From NCBI RefSeq assembly GCF_036321535.1, contig NC_087436.1, positions 74,092,001 to 74,156,000 of the forward strand: a stretch of 64,000 bases of DNA, written 5' to 3'. Under the pieces are notes generated by a model, which did not search any database, was not told the DNA's origin, and saw only the letters and a program-made list of their open reading frames with translations. The translations under genes were made by a program, and so were the position numbers. Below, piece by piece: positions 1 through 12,464 of the stretch. Each line of letters starts with the position of its first letter. Position 1 is the stretch's first letter. Origin of the DNA: Camelus dromedarius (lineage: Eukaryota).

Positions 1-3000
1 AAATGTGCTTTAAAACCTTAAATTAAGACTCGCAATTTTATGTCTGTTTTCACTTTTTAAAAAATTCTGGATAACCATTTGATGTTAAAATCTATAATAC
101 CAAAATTTTGAAAAGAAGAAAAAAAGAAAAAAAAAAGAAAAAGAGCCAACTCTTGTCTTTCCGTCTAAGCTTAATATCAGAAGTTTCTCCAGACCCCTGC
201 AGGAACATGTTTGTAGTTGTCAGTACTGACTCAACTGCTATCGCTCTGCTTTTACCTTTCACTTTTTAGAGTAAAAATATTTATATTGATTAATCAATCA
301 AAAGATAAATGGAGAGTGAAAGGGAAAACCATTGAAGTAGCAGCTGAGCTGATACAAACAGCTGTAAAAAGCACTATGAAGAAAAGCCTTTTAAAATGTC
401 CAGAATAAATACCGACATCTGAGATATAGTAAAGATTTTTTCTTTCTCTTTTCTTTTTAAGTAGCAGCACTGGTTTTCCCTTTCACCATCTATGAATCTA
501 CTGTTTGTTTTGGATCACTGGACAAATAAGTACTGGGATCTCATTCTAAAATTACGGTCATTTTAGATATTACCAATCATGCCAAATTGTATCTTTTGTT
601 TTCTGTGTGCAAAAAGACACAGTTATGGGATAACAAGGGATGCTGCAGGTAGGCATGGAGGTGCGTTGGCAGAACTATGCAAAGAGGTTTGCACAGAATC
701 TTCCCGTACCGTATATAGCTCCAGCCAGTGCTACTAAATCTTCACTTTATGAGTACGAAATTCAGCCCCAAATGCTTTCAAAGTATGAAAAATAAACTTA
801 GAATCAAGATCATGAGATATTTTTGTTGTCAAAAAGCGAAAGTTAAGAGTAAAGCCAAATCTACAGAGCCAATAGTGACAGCTTCTACTGGTCCAAATTC
901 GTATAGGGGAATTCTGGAGGTTCTCCTAAAATGGAAAGAGAAGAATAGAAAAAAAAATACATTACAGTAAAACACTTTTGTACATCCAAAAGCTATGTCT
1001 AAAATCTTTGAAACACAATTTCTATTTTCATCAATATGAACATATTTTTATATGAAAAGAAACACTGTCCTAAGTAAGTTTTCTCTTAATTCATGCATTC
1101 TAGTTGGAAAAGTTTTGTTCAGACCTGTCATGCCACCAATTTTAAAAATAGTAAACACTTTTTTCTTATGGAATCTGACCTCTGGAGAAATATGGCCTGC
1201 CTCTCATAAAATACGTTTATGTATAATATCAAAATACCCCTATAAGTTTCTTTTCTCACAAATCTCATTTTTTATCATAGCTTTTAAATATTTTTTTCCT
1301 TATTGTTATTTGGACAGTATATACTAAAATGTGCACTGAAGCAGTGGAAAATAAAATAGACTTTAAAGTTTTAATAGGCTTTAGCAATGTAAAGTCAAAG
1401 TACATGAAAATGAAAGAAATTAAACAGAATCTGTGTTTCCTTAGATTCTATATTCAATTTAATACAACAAAAACTTTTCGTAACAATAGAATTTTTCATG
1501 AACCCAAAATGCAAAATTTTTTAAACTTGCTCAGTTACATCATATATTAATGTCTTTCAGGATGGTGTATACTCAAATCTGTATTAATATGGCAGGATAA
1601 TCATCTCTCAGTGTCCCCTGACTAAAAGGAGTTACTATTAAGAGAGCCTAGTTAACCATCAACTAGGTGCCAACTCAGTTAGATTCAATATGCTTTATTG
1701 TAAGTCTCAGTGATCTGGATTAAAATTAATTAAACTAATATGTCCCCTTTATTTCCATTAAATATTGACTTTGAGACTCAAAATTCTTGGTGATCCATTG
1801 TTTACATCACAGCAAAACAAAACAATGAGTATAGTATTATGTTTGTATCTCTGTGACCTCAAGAAACACTTACCTAAAACGTGTGCAGTCATTTATCTGG
1901 ATGCTTATGCTTCTACTCTGCTAAAGAGATAGATGTTTACAAGCACAAAAGCTATTTTTCTACTGTTTAGGTGTTAGTATTTGTCAAAATTTCCCACCAT
2001 GGCCAAATTCAGAATTGATCAGCATGATGCTATATATCAGACTGTATGCAGATTAGCAAACAATGGGTGATAGTTTATGAAGGGGCAATTTTTCCAAGCA
2101 ACATTACAATGGAAAGTTGTAACAATTTCAAATTATGTAAGACAAACAGGTGAGCTGAGTTTTATTTAGTGTTTCTTGGCTTTTCAAAGGACTTAATTTG
2201 TCAATAAACAATGAATAGTCTTTTCAAAATGGTTTGAGTAGTGCTGAATTAACAGTTATTGTACTGAACTATAATACAACAGCTCTCCTATTTCCTCTCT
2301 CGTTCTCAAATTGTCAGTGCTCAGGTCTCCCAAAGTGACTACCTGCGCTAGACCTGAGTGATAAAGCACCTTTTCACCCCATGCTGTACTGAAATCATGG
2401 CCATCCTACAGGGTGAGACCAAGACCTTCTGTGTAGGCTTGATCTGCCAAAAATGGGGTGGATATTCCTGCTGTTAATCTTCAAGGGAAAAGCTCATCCT
2501 GAGGAAAGAAACCACAACACAAAAAGCAGGCCTCAGAGAAGCAGGAAGGAATAAATGTTTCTCTCTGGGCTTTTGTTTCTTGGGTTTTAGCCCTTAAGAA
2601 GTCTAAAGTTCCTTATGGCTGCTTCCAGGTGGCAGGGGTTGAAATGACCTTGACACGAGGATTTAGCCAGGCCAAGAGCTAAGGAAGAGGTTTGGGAGAG
2701 CAGTGTTATTCACGCTGCAACCCACCAGTGAAACATGAAATCAACTTAGTGAGCATCAAATCAGCATCTGACGAGAACAGAAAGGAACCAGCATCTAAGT
2801 AATAGTAATATTGTTCAGTGAAACATGCTTCAAGTTGTACGTGTGTACTAGATCATATGGTAAACTGTATTTCTTGCTGTGGGTAGTGATCAAAAATGTC
2901 TGAAAGCCCCTGTAGAGGACCCAAATCTCATAACTGAGATTATATAGTTTCATGTTACTCTTTATTATTTAGACTTTTATAGTAAAGTCATGTCTAGATT

Positions 3001-3862
3001 TTCCATTCTTCTTCTAGCTGTGCCACAAGGAAGTCAAAGTCCAGGTCTTACAGTCCATGCAGAAGAAAGAGCCCCCTCCTGTGGCCAGCACAGGGATGAC
3101 AGTGGCAATTACAGAAAGGGTTGCCCAACAGCAGGAAAATATCTGGAAGAATTAGTGCTCCAACTGCCTCTTCCCATAGGGAGCTTTTTTCTCGTACTGT
3201 TACCTTGTAGATTTGAGTTATTTTTATAAAGAAAATCTGACAGCTTCCTTATACTCTATTTCTTCCCAATTAACTAAGATATAAGAAATTGGCTACAAGT
3301 GGTTAGAACTTAGTGGTTAGTGGTTGTCTTACAGGTAGGACAATTATATATGGAATTTACCTTCCAAACTAGAACATTTTGAAGATGAAAGGTGGTATTC
3401 ACAAAACAGAACACTGTTTTGTGTCCTTGAAATTAACAAAAACCTAAGGTCTGGAAAAATGGTTGACAATAATGAACAGCTTCTCTTTAGCTATGGAGAG
3501 TGAGAGAACAGAATACTGTAACAAATATTAATTAATACTGGGTTTTAATAGGAACTGTGTGATGAGATATGAAGATTTAGCTTCCTAATTGTTTTTTATT
3601 TAGACTAATCTTAAAGTGAATTCAGTTTGCTCGTCGTACAATGATTAACATGTAGGAGCTGAAGTAAGAGAGGAGGTAAGCCCCTGAAATATTCAGTGGT
3701 AGAGGGAGACCAGCTGGTACCAAGCACTTGCTGAAGCTAACTAAGCCTTGAAAACAAATTAAAATGGCCTCATTATTTATTTTTTAGAAACTTACTTGAA
3801 GTCTGCAAAAAACTTTTCTAAGAATGAATTAATTTGAGCTAACTTAAAAATTCTTTATCTAA

Positions 3863-3916
3863 AATTTAACATGTAGATATTTAGCATCCAATTTAACATG
3901 TAGATATTTAGCATCC
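3863..3916. repeat. Perfect 27-bp tandem duplication
   Basis: AATTTAACATGTAGATATTTAGCATCC x2. Confidence 0.95.
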
Positions 3917-4041
3917 ACTCTATAAACTGCTTTTAATCTTGATTGCTTCAATTCCTCATTTGCAAATAAACTACTAAAGATTATGTAATTGATTCTGTGT
4001 ATAACAGCCGCTGGAAGCAGAGCAGCAAAGCCTAAGCTCAC

Positions 4042-4156
4042 CTTGTCCTCGTACATCCTTTTGGTTTCCCTTAATTCAGAACGTAGTTGAGAAACAGTAG
4101 ATTCCAGGTCACTGAGTTGACGCATATACATTGAATTCTGGTTTCTTGCTTGTTCT
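4042..4156 (-). CDS. CCDC158: CCDC158 coding exon 7 (115 nt): (Q)EQARNQNSMYMRQLSDLESTVSQLRSELRETKRMYEDK; gene continues beyond left edge
   Basis: Acceptor cttcttag|AGAAC, donor AAG|gtgagc. Cumulative CDS is 1029 nt, in frame. Peptide matches recalled mammalian CCDC158 coiled-coil. Confidence 0.95.
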
Positions 4157-4473
4157 CTAAGAAGTGTTTAAAGGGGGAATAAAAGCAAAGAGCAAACTAA
4201 GAATAAGTGTGATACTTAAGGGTATTCTAGCTTTTAGATACTTCCACTAATTGTTTTATATGGCATTATTAGACCAGTAATCTCTTACTTTCCAAAACTG
4301 CTTCTTAAAAGCTTAAGTTCAAAAATATTAACTATTAAAGGTAGGTGATGTGTACACAGGAGTTCATTACACAATCTTCTCTCTACTTTTGTGTATAACC
4401 GAAAATATCCATATACAAAGTTTCAACATAGGAGCTCAAATTATGAAATTAATGATACATATGTATTTATTTT

Positions 4474-4510
4474 TATATATTTATACATACACACACACAT
4501 ATATATATAT

Positions 4511-4559
<49 letters not shown>

Positions 4560-4560
4560 C
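4474..4560. repeat. Compound (TA)n/(CA)n microsatellite
   Basis: Direct reading. Confidence 0.95.
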
Positions 4561-4828
4561 TGGGTGTTTTATCCTTTCAGTTGAAATACAGACAATATTT
4601 AAAATATCTAATCCCCAAAGGTCCAAATACTTGCAATAATACTTCTGGTAGGGTCAGACAGCATTATCTATACATTAATTAATTTTTTCTATTCATTTGA
4701 ATGCTAGAACTAAGTTTTACTTTCTTGTAGAATCAATTATGAAGCAATTTTTAAGATCTTAGAACAAAAAATTAATAAAAATAAAGTGAAATAAAAGACT
4801 CAATTTCAAACCACCAGGACACACATAC

Positions 4829-4939
4829 TGAATGATTTCCAGTTGACTCTGGATACTATTGGCTTGGCTCCGAGCACTGCTAGCTTTCTCAGTAAGTCCT
4901 GCTATTTCAACTTCATGTTCACTTATTAACTGCTCAATC
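4829..4939 (-). CDS. CCDC158: CCDC158 coding exon 6 (111 nt): (R)IEQLISEHEVEIAGLTEKASSARSQANSIQSQLEII(Q)
   Basis: Acceptor ttttatag|GATT, donor TCA|gtatgt. Phase-compatible with both neighbours. Confidence 0.95.
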
Positions 4940-5341
4940 CTATAAAAATAATGTGCTAATTGTTATTCGATACAGATTTTCCCGACAATGAATTTATTCC
5001 AAAAATTAATAACTTCAACACTCTCAACTTTCGTATTTTGTTTTAGCTTTAAATATGCTATTCTTTTTATGACAAGAATATAAGTTAGATCCAGAATCCT
5101 TTATTCAAATCCTTTGGGGGGCCAGTTCAGTTAGAGAATTCAGAATTTTAAAAAAAATTTTTACAATTGTAATAAATAACTGTACTAAATACAAATTGAC
5201 ACCCCCAGAGAGATCTAGGGAAGTTTTCTAGAAGACAGACATATTACTAATGCAATAATAGGTTTTTAAGTATTCACACTGAATCATAAAGACTATACAG
5301 AGCTTTATATTAGCTCAGACCAGGTTTTGTCAACAAATGAG

Positions 5342-5662
5342 TGACAAAGATTATCACCTTGACCAAACTTTAGTCAGACTCCTCTTGGCAGTCCACGCCC
5401 CTACCCGTGTTAGTAAGAAGCCTAGGCTTAGTAAAAACTTTGCTAAGTCAGTTTAGTGAGAATCCCCCAACCCTTGATGCCTTCTCTTCTAGTAATTTTC
5501 CATCTGCTAACCTCCTCACCCTGCTTCTTGGCTATGAATCCCATTGTCCTTGTACTGGGAGTTAAGTCTGACTAGTTTCTAATGCAAACTCCTATTACAA
5601 TAGCAATAGCCTCGAATAAAGTCTTCCTCCTTTTTAAGTGTCAGAATAATTTTTTCTTATCA
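5342..5662 (+). mobile_element. Solo LTR, ERV1 class (MER31/MER67-like), nested in a degenerate DNA transposon (~5085-5750)
   Basis: TG...CA ends, 4-bp TSD TGAG (5338-5341 / 5663-5666), AATAAA near the 3' end, start TGACAAAG...TTGACCAAACTTTAGTCAG. Confidence 0.75.
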
Positions 5663-5791
5663 TGAGCCTGCCAGAAACCTATGAAAAAAATTCTGTTTTA
5701 AAGCTTTTTAGATTTTGGAATTGTTAATGAGAGACTGTAGACTTATGATACAGGTTCACTATGGTTTTCTATATCTCAGTCAGAAACCTAC

Positions 5792-5868
5792 CTATCTTGA
5801 TGTTGTTGAAGAAGTAGTTCCATTTTATTCTGTGAGTCAGATTTCAGTGCTTCAAGCTGATCCTCTAC
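5792..5868 (-). CDS. CCDC158: CCDC158 coding exon 5 (77 nt): VEDQLEALKSDSQNKMELLLQQHQD(R)
   Basis: Acceptor ttttataaccag|GTAG, donor TAG|gtaggt. Frame continuous. Confidence 0.95.
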
Positions 5869-6222
5869 CTGGTTATAAAAAAAAGAGACATTGATTTAGG
5901 AACTGGTAAATCTAAAGCTTGGAAAATTTACAGATTTCCTAACTAAAGGAATGCTTTAGAAAGATGCAAATACTAGAACTGGATACATTCTATTGCTGTA
6001 TTTTATTAAATCTTTCACTTTAGCTAAACTCTCATGAAACTATACAAGTAAGTGAAGTTAGTTCCCTTTATTAAGAGAGAGCACTGTGGAAGTAACTTCT
6101 GTTATTTTAGAGATCAAGAATGAGATACTGGCTTACTTTTAAGAATTTAAAAAATTATATGCTTCATACTATTGTCTTAATGAATTTTAATATAAAATTG
6201 ACGTAGTGTTCTCACCACTTAC

Positions 6223-6550
6223 TGGAAATATCCTCCCTTTAAGAAAAGAAATCTCTGTGTCTAATTCTCTTAGGATTTTACTAATAGCTGGGCCCATGCT
6301 GCGGAAGTGGATGGTAGACATGCTGTCGTGTTCATATATTTTCTTGCCTGAGGCTTCTTCAAAGTCAGCTAGGATTGCTCGGATTTCTTGAAGCACTCCC
6401 TCATGACTAAGCATCATCTTTCTTAGCTGCTCTATCTGTGTGTTGCTGTCTTTCAGCATATCCTCCTTAAGGCATTTGGCAGCTTCAAGTTCATGAACGG
6501 TATTTTGAAGCTGATTTCTTAAATCCTCCTGGGACTGACTCTCCCTTCGT
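6223..6550 (-). CDS. CCDC158: CCDC158 coding exon 4 (328 nt): (R)RRESQSQEDLRNQLQNTVHELEAAKCLKEDMLKDSNTQIEQ...SFLKGRIFP
   Basis: Acceptor tatttcgtag|ACGA, donor CCA|gtaagt. Overlaps ORF 6187..6459. Confidence 0.96.
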
Positions 6551-6663
6551 CTACGAAATAAATAAAAGAGAAGAAATAATATTGATAAAACTCAAATTCA
6601 CACAAGTGGTTTCAAACTACAAAGAGTAAAACTTTAAGATAATTTCAGGTAACGAAACCCAAC

Positions 6664-6773
6664 CTGATGTCAGCCACGGCATCTCTCTCCATCTGCATCT
6701 CTTGAAGTTTTGTTTGCAAATCGATGACTGACTGTCTTAGGTAAAACTTCTGTTTCTCATGCAATTCATTGCT
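6664..6773 (-). CDS. CCDC158: CCDC158 coding exon 3 (110 nt): SNELHEKQKFYLRQSVIDLQTKLQEMQMERDAVADI(R)
   Basis: Acceptor ttttcag|AGC, donor CAG|gttggg. Overlaps ORF 6645..6827. A 113-nt intron separates it from the next exon. Confidence 0.96.
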
Positions 6774-7249
6774 CTGAAAAAAAATGTCCTGCAAATTAGC
6801 CTTCATTAGAGGGACATATTTTCTCATAGCTAATAATTTCCCAAAATCTATATATCAGTGATTTATTGTTGTGTGTACCCCCTTCCCCTTTTACCACTGT
6901 TTCATGCCTAATTAATGATTTCTCACCTAGATTTCTGTAATACTTTAGTCTCACTGTCTCAGCCTTGCCCCCTTTCAATTCACTCTCTACTTTACAACCG
7001 AAATACTGTGTCTAGAACAAATCTGACTTCTGGCTCATGACAGAGATAGGAACAAGCTCCACTCCTGAGAACAGGAGAACTGGTTGAAATTCTATATATA
7101 GAAAAGTCACCCCCTACCTCCAACTGACTTAAAATACTTGGCAGCTGACAACCGCCATTCAACAATCCAGGTGTTCTACTGCAAAAAAAACTCACCAAGA
7201 TCTCTAAAATCAGGCACTGAGAGATCTCCCAGCATAACAGCTGATGCTC

Positions 7250-9300
7250 TACCTAATTACCCTAAAGTAAAGGCATCAAGTTCTGCCCATACATAGAGAG
7301 ACGCCATCAGTTTTTTTTTGTTTGTTTCTGTTTTTGTTTTACTGTTCATGCTAGAGTATGAACAAAAAGCCAAAACCCACTGAACACTTGAAGGAAGATC
7401 ACAAAATAAAAAAGAAATCAAGATAAACAAATGAGCAAATACCAAGAAGAAAACATTTAAAGAAACGAAGGTAGACATTGCAGCAATGGAAGAATACTTC
7501 CAAAAACCTGCATTGCGGAGAAATCTGAGAGACATTTTAGCTATAAAGTAAGAGCAGGACACCATGCCAAAGAACTGATCAGAGGAGAAAAAAGAGTTCC
7601 TGGAAATTAAAAATATGGTTGCAAACTAAAAAGTTACAATAGAAATACTGAAAGTCAAAAAATGCCCCACAATAGTAGAAAAAAAGACACAAATTTTGAA
7701 AGAAAATGTAAGAGATTTAGAGGTTCAACCTAGGAGATAATATCTGACTAACAGGGGCTTCAGAAAAAGAGAGCTAAGAAACAGAGGGAGAGAAACTATC
7801 AAAGGAAAAAAAAAACAACTGAATTCCTCAAAGCTGAAAGGCACAAATCTGCAGACCAAAAGGGTCTGCTGAGTCCCTGGCACAGTGAACGAAAAAACAA
7901 AAATCCACACCTAAGCACATTGTAGTGGAATTTGAGAGAGAAAGAGAAGACCCACAAATGACAAATGCTGGAGAGGCTGTGGAGAAAAGGGAACCCTCCT
8001 ACACTGTTGGTGGGAATGCAGTTTGGTGCAGCCACTGTGGAAAACGGTATGGAGATTCCTCAAAAGACTAGGAATAGACTTACTGTATGACCCAGGACTC
8101 CTGCTCCTGGGCATATATCCAGAAGGAACCCTACTTCAGGACGACACCTGCACCCCAATGTTCATAGCAGCACTATTTACAATAGCCAAAACATGGAAAC
8201 AGCCTAAATGTCCATCAACAGATGACTGGATAAAGAAGATGTGGTATATTTACACAATGGAATACTATTCAGCCATAAAAACCAACAACATAACGCCGTT
8301 TGCAGCAACATGGATGTCCCTGGAGAATGTCATTCGAAGTGAAGTAAGCCAGAAAGAGAAAGAAAAATGCCATATGAGAATTCTCATATATATGTGGAAT
8401 CTAAAAAAAAACAAAACACATAAATACAAAACAGAAACAGACTCATAGATATAGAATATAAAGTTGTGGTTGCCAAGGGGGAGGAGGGTGGGAAGGGACA
8501 GACTGGGAGTTCGAAATCTGTAGACAGTGACGGGCATATGTAGAATAGATAAACAAGATTATACTGTATAGCACAGGGAAATATACATAAGATCTTGTGG
8601 TAGCTCACAGCGAAAAAAATGTGGCAATGAATATATGTATGTTCATTATAACTGAAATATTGTGCTCTACACTGAAAATTGACACAACATTGTAAACTGA
8701 CTGTAACTCAATAAAAAAAAAGTTAAAAAAAAGAGAAGACCCTAAAGTTTCCAAAGATGAACCTCAAGTAAAAAAACATCACCTACAAAGGAATAAGAAT
8801 CAGATAGACATCTGCCCATCAGCAGCAATGCTTTTAAAGGGCTGAGAGAAAATGGCTTTCAACTTTACCCAGCTTAAGTCATTCTCAGAATGAAAAAATT
8901 CATGAAATGTGTGTACCATATACTCTTTCTTAGGAAGTTTCTAAAGATGTGTTTTGACTAAATGAAGAAATAAACCAAGAAAGAGAAAGAGAAAAAACAG
9001 TGAATCCTGGAAATTATGAATCCAACCAGGAAATTAGTGATAGGAGTTTCAAGAAAATAGTTATACAACAGACCTAAGAAGAAACTCATCTAGACTAAAG
9101 AACAGAAAACTCCTAGTGTCCTGGGTCAAAGGAGGGTTTGATAGAAAACCTATATGATAATTTTTTAAATGAGGGTATGAAAAAGGTAAATAGTATACGG
9201 AAAAAGAAAGGCAATTAGGAACCACAGGAAAAACAAAAACTACACAAGGAAGGAAATGTAATAGGACACTACCTGATTCTGCAGCTGACACTGTTTAGAC
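7250..9300 (+). mobile_element. Old L1 ORF1-region remnant, interrupted by a younger L1
   Basis: A-rich L1 ORF1-like sequence on both sides of the 7954-8729 insert. Confidence 0.6.
7954..8729 (+). mobile_element. Young 5'-truncated LINE-1 (ORF2 C-terminus, 3'UTR, polyA)
   Basis: ORF 8023..8448 is the L1 ORF2 C-terminus ([24 protein letters not shown]...WIKKMWYIYTMEYYSA). Perfect 13-bp TSD AAAGAGAAGACCC at 7941-7953 / 8730-8742. Confidence 0.95.
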
Positions 9301-10837
9301 AGTCACTGTAAGGGAGGTCCCTTACCTTCTTCTCCAATAGTGCAAGTGAATGACCAGAGTAGTCTGAACCTTGGACAGTAACAGTGGAAATGAAAGCAGA
9401 TTTAAGAAATATATATGAGGTATGTCGGTCAAATCTGGTAGTAAAGTGGATATCAGGTTAAAGGAAGAGATATCAAGGATGAATCAGGTTTTTACCTTGT
9501 GTGTATAGCTAGAAGAAAGGTTTGGGGGAAAGATCATGTATGCATTTGGAAATGTTGAGAAACATTTCATGTAGAACTGTCATGTAGGAACATATAGATA
9601 TACTAACTTGTGTGGAGATCAGTTAAAAGGTTTGACTTAAAATACAAAGCAAACATTCACTGGCATAAAAGTGGGAACAGAAGCCATGGGAAACACTATG
9701 TCTGTTACAGAGGGTTTTGCTGGAATAAGAAACTGGAAAAGAACGAGCAAGAGGAAAATCAAGAGAGGTGTTTCCAAGACACCTAAGAGAAAAGAGAGTT
9801 TCAAGAGAAAAACAATTGTCATGTGTATCTAATGTCGTTGAAAAGTCAAGTAAGATGAGGAATGTAGAGCATCGACTGGATTTAGCATCATTGCTTAACC
9901 CTACTGTAGCACCAATGTCCTGCTACTATCATTTTCTGTTTTAAGTATCTCAGCCATAAGACTGTAGGTGTGTACATAAAAAGGACCACACCTTTTCCAC
10001 CTTTATATATCCATGCTGGTATAATAGCTGTTAATAGGAGGTTTGTGCTAAACATTACAAGTACCCAAAAAGCCCTAACATTTACTGGTTTAACAAATTT
10101 ATTGGGACCAATCAAGTGTCACACACACTGCTAGAGGATAAACATGAAAAATTAATTAAGACACTGTTTCTTCTCTCATTGCTACCTCTGTGTTTCATCT
10201 AGCTATCTATCTATGTATCATCTGTCCATCTTTATTAGTGTACTTATCATAAAGTATTGTCAATATTTATATGCCAGCTCCCTTTCAAGGCTATGAACTC
10301 CTTGTGAGTCCTATCTTATTCGTCTTTGTATCCTCTGTACTTAATACAGTGGCACATCACTTTTAGCACTTAAAGTTGTAGTTTTTTTAAGGGCTCACAG
10401 TCTTATGAGGCAGGACAGTGTATTAATGACTACAATAAAGTGTATTAAATACTATAGCAGATGTGCACACAAAGAGTAATAACTGTGTACAGGAGGACAG
10501 ACCTACTTGTGTCTAGAAGGAAGGCTTCAGAGAAGGAAATGCTTGAGCTGAGTCTTGATGGATCGTAAGTTGCCAGGCAGACAGGTAGAGAAGAGGAAAG
10601 AACCTGGGCAAAGGCATGAAGGTCTAGGACAGTGCAGTACGTCCAGGGAAGAGCAAGTAGCTTGACATTGCTGGAATGGAGGGTACACACAGGGAACAGG
10701 TAGCAGAAGAGGCTAAAATGCACAGGGAGAAATCAGATCACAAAGGCTTCTGTATGAGGTAAGTTTGACTTCTAGGCTATAATATATGTCATTAGTTATA
10801 ATATTTTGAGCTATTCAAGTTTCATTAAGATTATACC

Positions 10838-12008
10838 ATGAGCACAGCAAAAGAAACATTAACAACATGAAAAGACAATCTATGAAGTGGGGAAAAATAG
10901 TATCTGCACATCACACATCTGATAAGGGGTTAATATCCAAAATATATAAAGAACTCATACAAATCAATCACAGAAAAACAATCCAATTATAAATGGGTAA
11001 AGGACCTGAATAGAGATTTTTCCAAAGAAGATATACAAATGACCAACAGGTACACGAAAAGATGCTCAATATCACTAATCATTAGGGAAATGCGTATCAA
11101 CACTACAGTGAGATGTCACCTCACACCTTTTAGAATGGCCATCACCAAAAAGACAAGCAACAACAAATGCTGGCAAGGATGTAGAGAAAAGGGAACCCTG
11201 TGCACTGTTGATGGGATTGTAAATTGGTACAGCCACTATGGAAAACAGTGTGGAGGATCCTCAAAAAGCCAAAAACAGAACTCCCATATGATGCAGCAAT
11301 ACCACTTCTGGGAATATATTCAAAGGAAAGAAAAACACTATGTTGAAGAGCTATCTGGACCCCCATGTTCATAGCAGCATTATTTATAATTGCCGAGACA
11401 TGGCGACAACCTGTGTCCACTGACAGATGAATGGATAAAGAAGTTGTGATGTGTGTGTGCTTATATATATATGAATATTATTCAGCCATAAAAAGGAGGA
11501 GATCCTGATATTTGTGACCACATGGATGGACACTGAGGGCATTATGCTAAGTGAAGTAAGTCAGACAGAGGAACACAAATACCAAATGATCTTGCTTATA
11601 TGTGCAATTGAAAAAAACAAAAAAGAACTCATAGAAAAAAAGATCAGATTTGTAGTTTCCAGAGAAGGGTGGTGGGGAGAAGGGGAACTAGATGAAGTGG
11701 TCAAAAGGTACAAACCTCCAGTTATAAGATACCTAAGTACTGGGGATGTCATGCACAACATAACGACTACAGTTAACACCATTGTACAGCACATACAAAA
11801 ACTGTTAAGAGATTAAATCCTGCGTGCTCATGACAAGGAAAATAATATTTTCTGCTTCTTTTTTTAAAATCTATATGAGATGATAGATGTTAACTAAATT
11901 TACTGCAGTAGTCATCTCATGGTATATGTAAGTCAAATTATTATGCTGTACACCTTAAAATTCCACAGTGCTATATGTTGATTTTTTCTTAATAAAACTG
12001 GAAAAAAT
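10838..12008 (+). mobile_element. L1 3' portion (L1MA-like)
   Basis: Frameshifted ORF2 C-terminal peptides ([26 protein letters not shown]), L1 3'UTR and aataaa. Confidence 0.9.
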
Positions 12009-12246
12009 ATACAATTAGGTCAAGAGATTATGACTAGTTATTAACAAAAAATAAATAGCCATGTAGACTTTTCATCAGCCCTATTTTTAATACTGAAATA
12101 GAACACATAGGCCAAATTAACCAGTTTAACCAATAAGTCCATTATTAAGTTTTTCTTCCAGAAAGTTTAGGCTCTGTTCCAAATCACTGTGTCTCACTGT
12201 CTTCCCAAAACAGCATCAGGTACTGGAGGAAAAGAATGCAACTCAC

Positions 12247-12464
12247 CTCATTTAGTCTTCTCTGCAAATCTTTGACTTGATGTGAATATTCTTCCAAAAC
12301 ACGTTCAATGTGCTCCTTTCCAGGGTAAGGAATGGCTTTTCTGTGAGAATCAAGTTCCACTTCATATTTAGGGAAAAAAGGAATCTGTGTCAAAGTCCCA
12401 GTTGAAGACGTGTTTTCAATTACTGTTCCACGAATAGAGGACACAAAAAATGGACTCGAAGAAC
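12247..12464 (-). CDS. CCDC158: CCDC158 coding exon 2 (218 nt): (G)SSSPFFVSSIRGTVIENTSSTGTLTQIPFFPKYEVELDS...QRRLNE
   Basis: Acceptor aatatttag|GTTC, donor GAG|gtgagt. Overlaps ORF 12184..12444. Confidence 0.96.

Noticed and set aside
1..4041. Next CCDC158 exon (expected ~EELEKQLVLANSEL)
   Set aside because: Not found by eye. It presumably lies beyond the left edge.
4350..4682. ORFs with HTHTHT / VCVCVC repeats
   Set aside because: Translations of a dinucleotide microsatellite.
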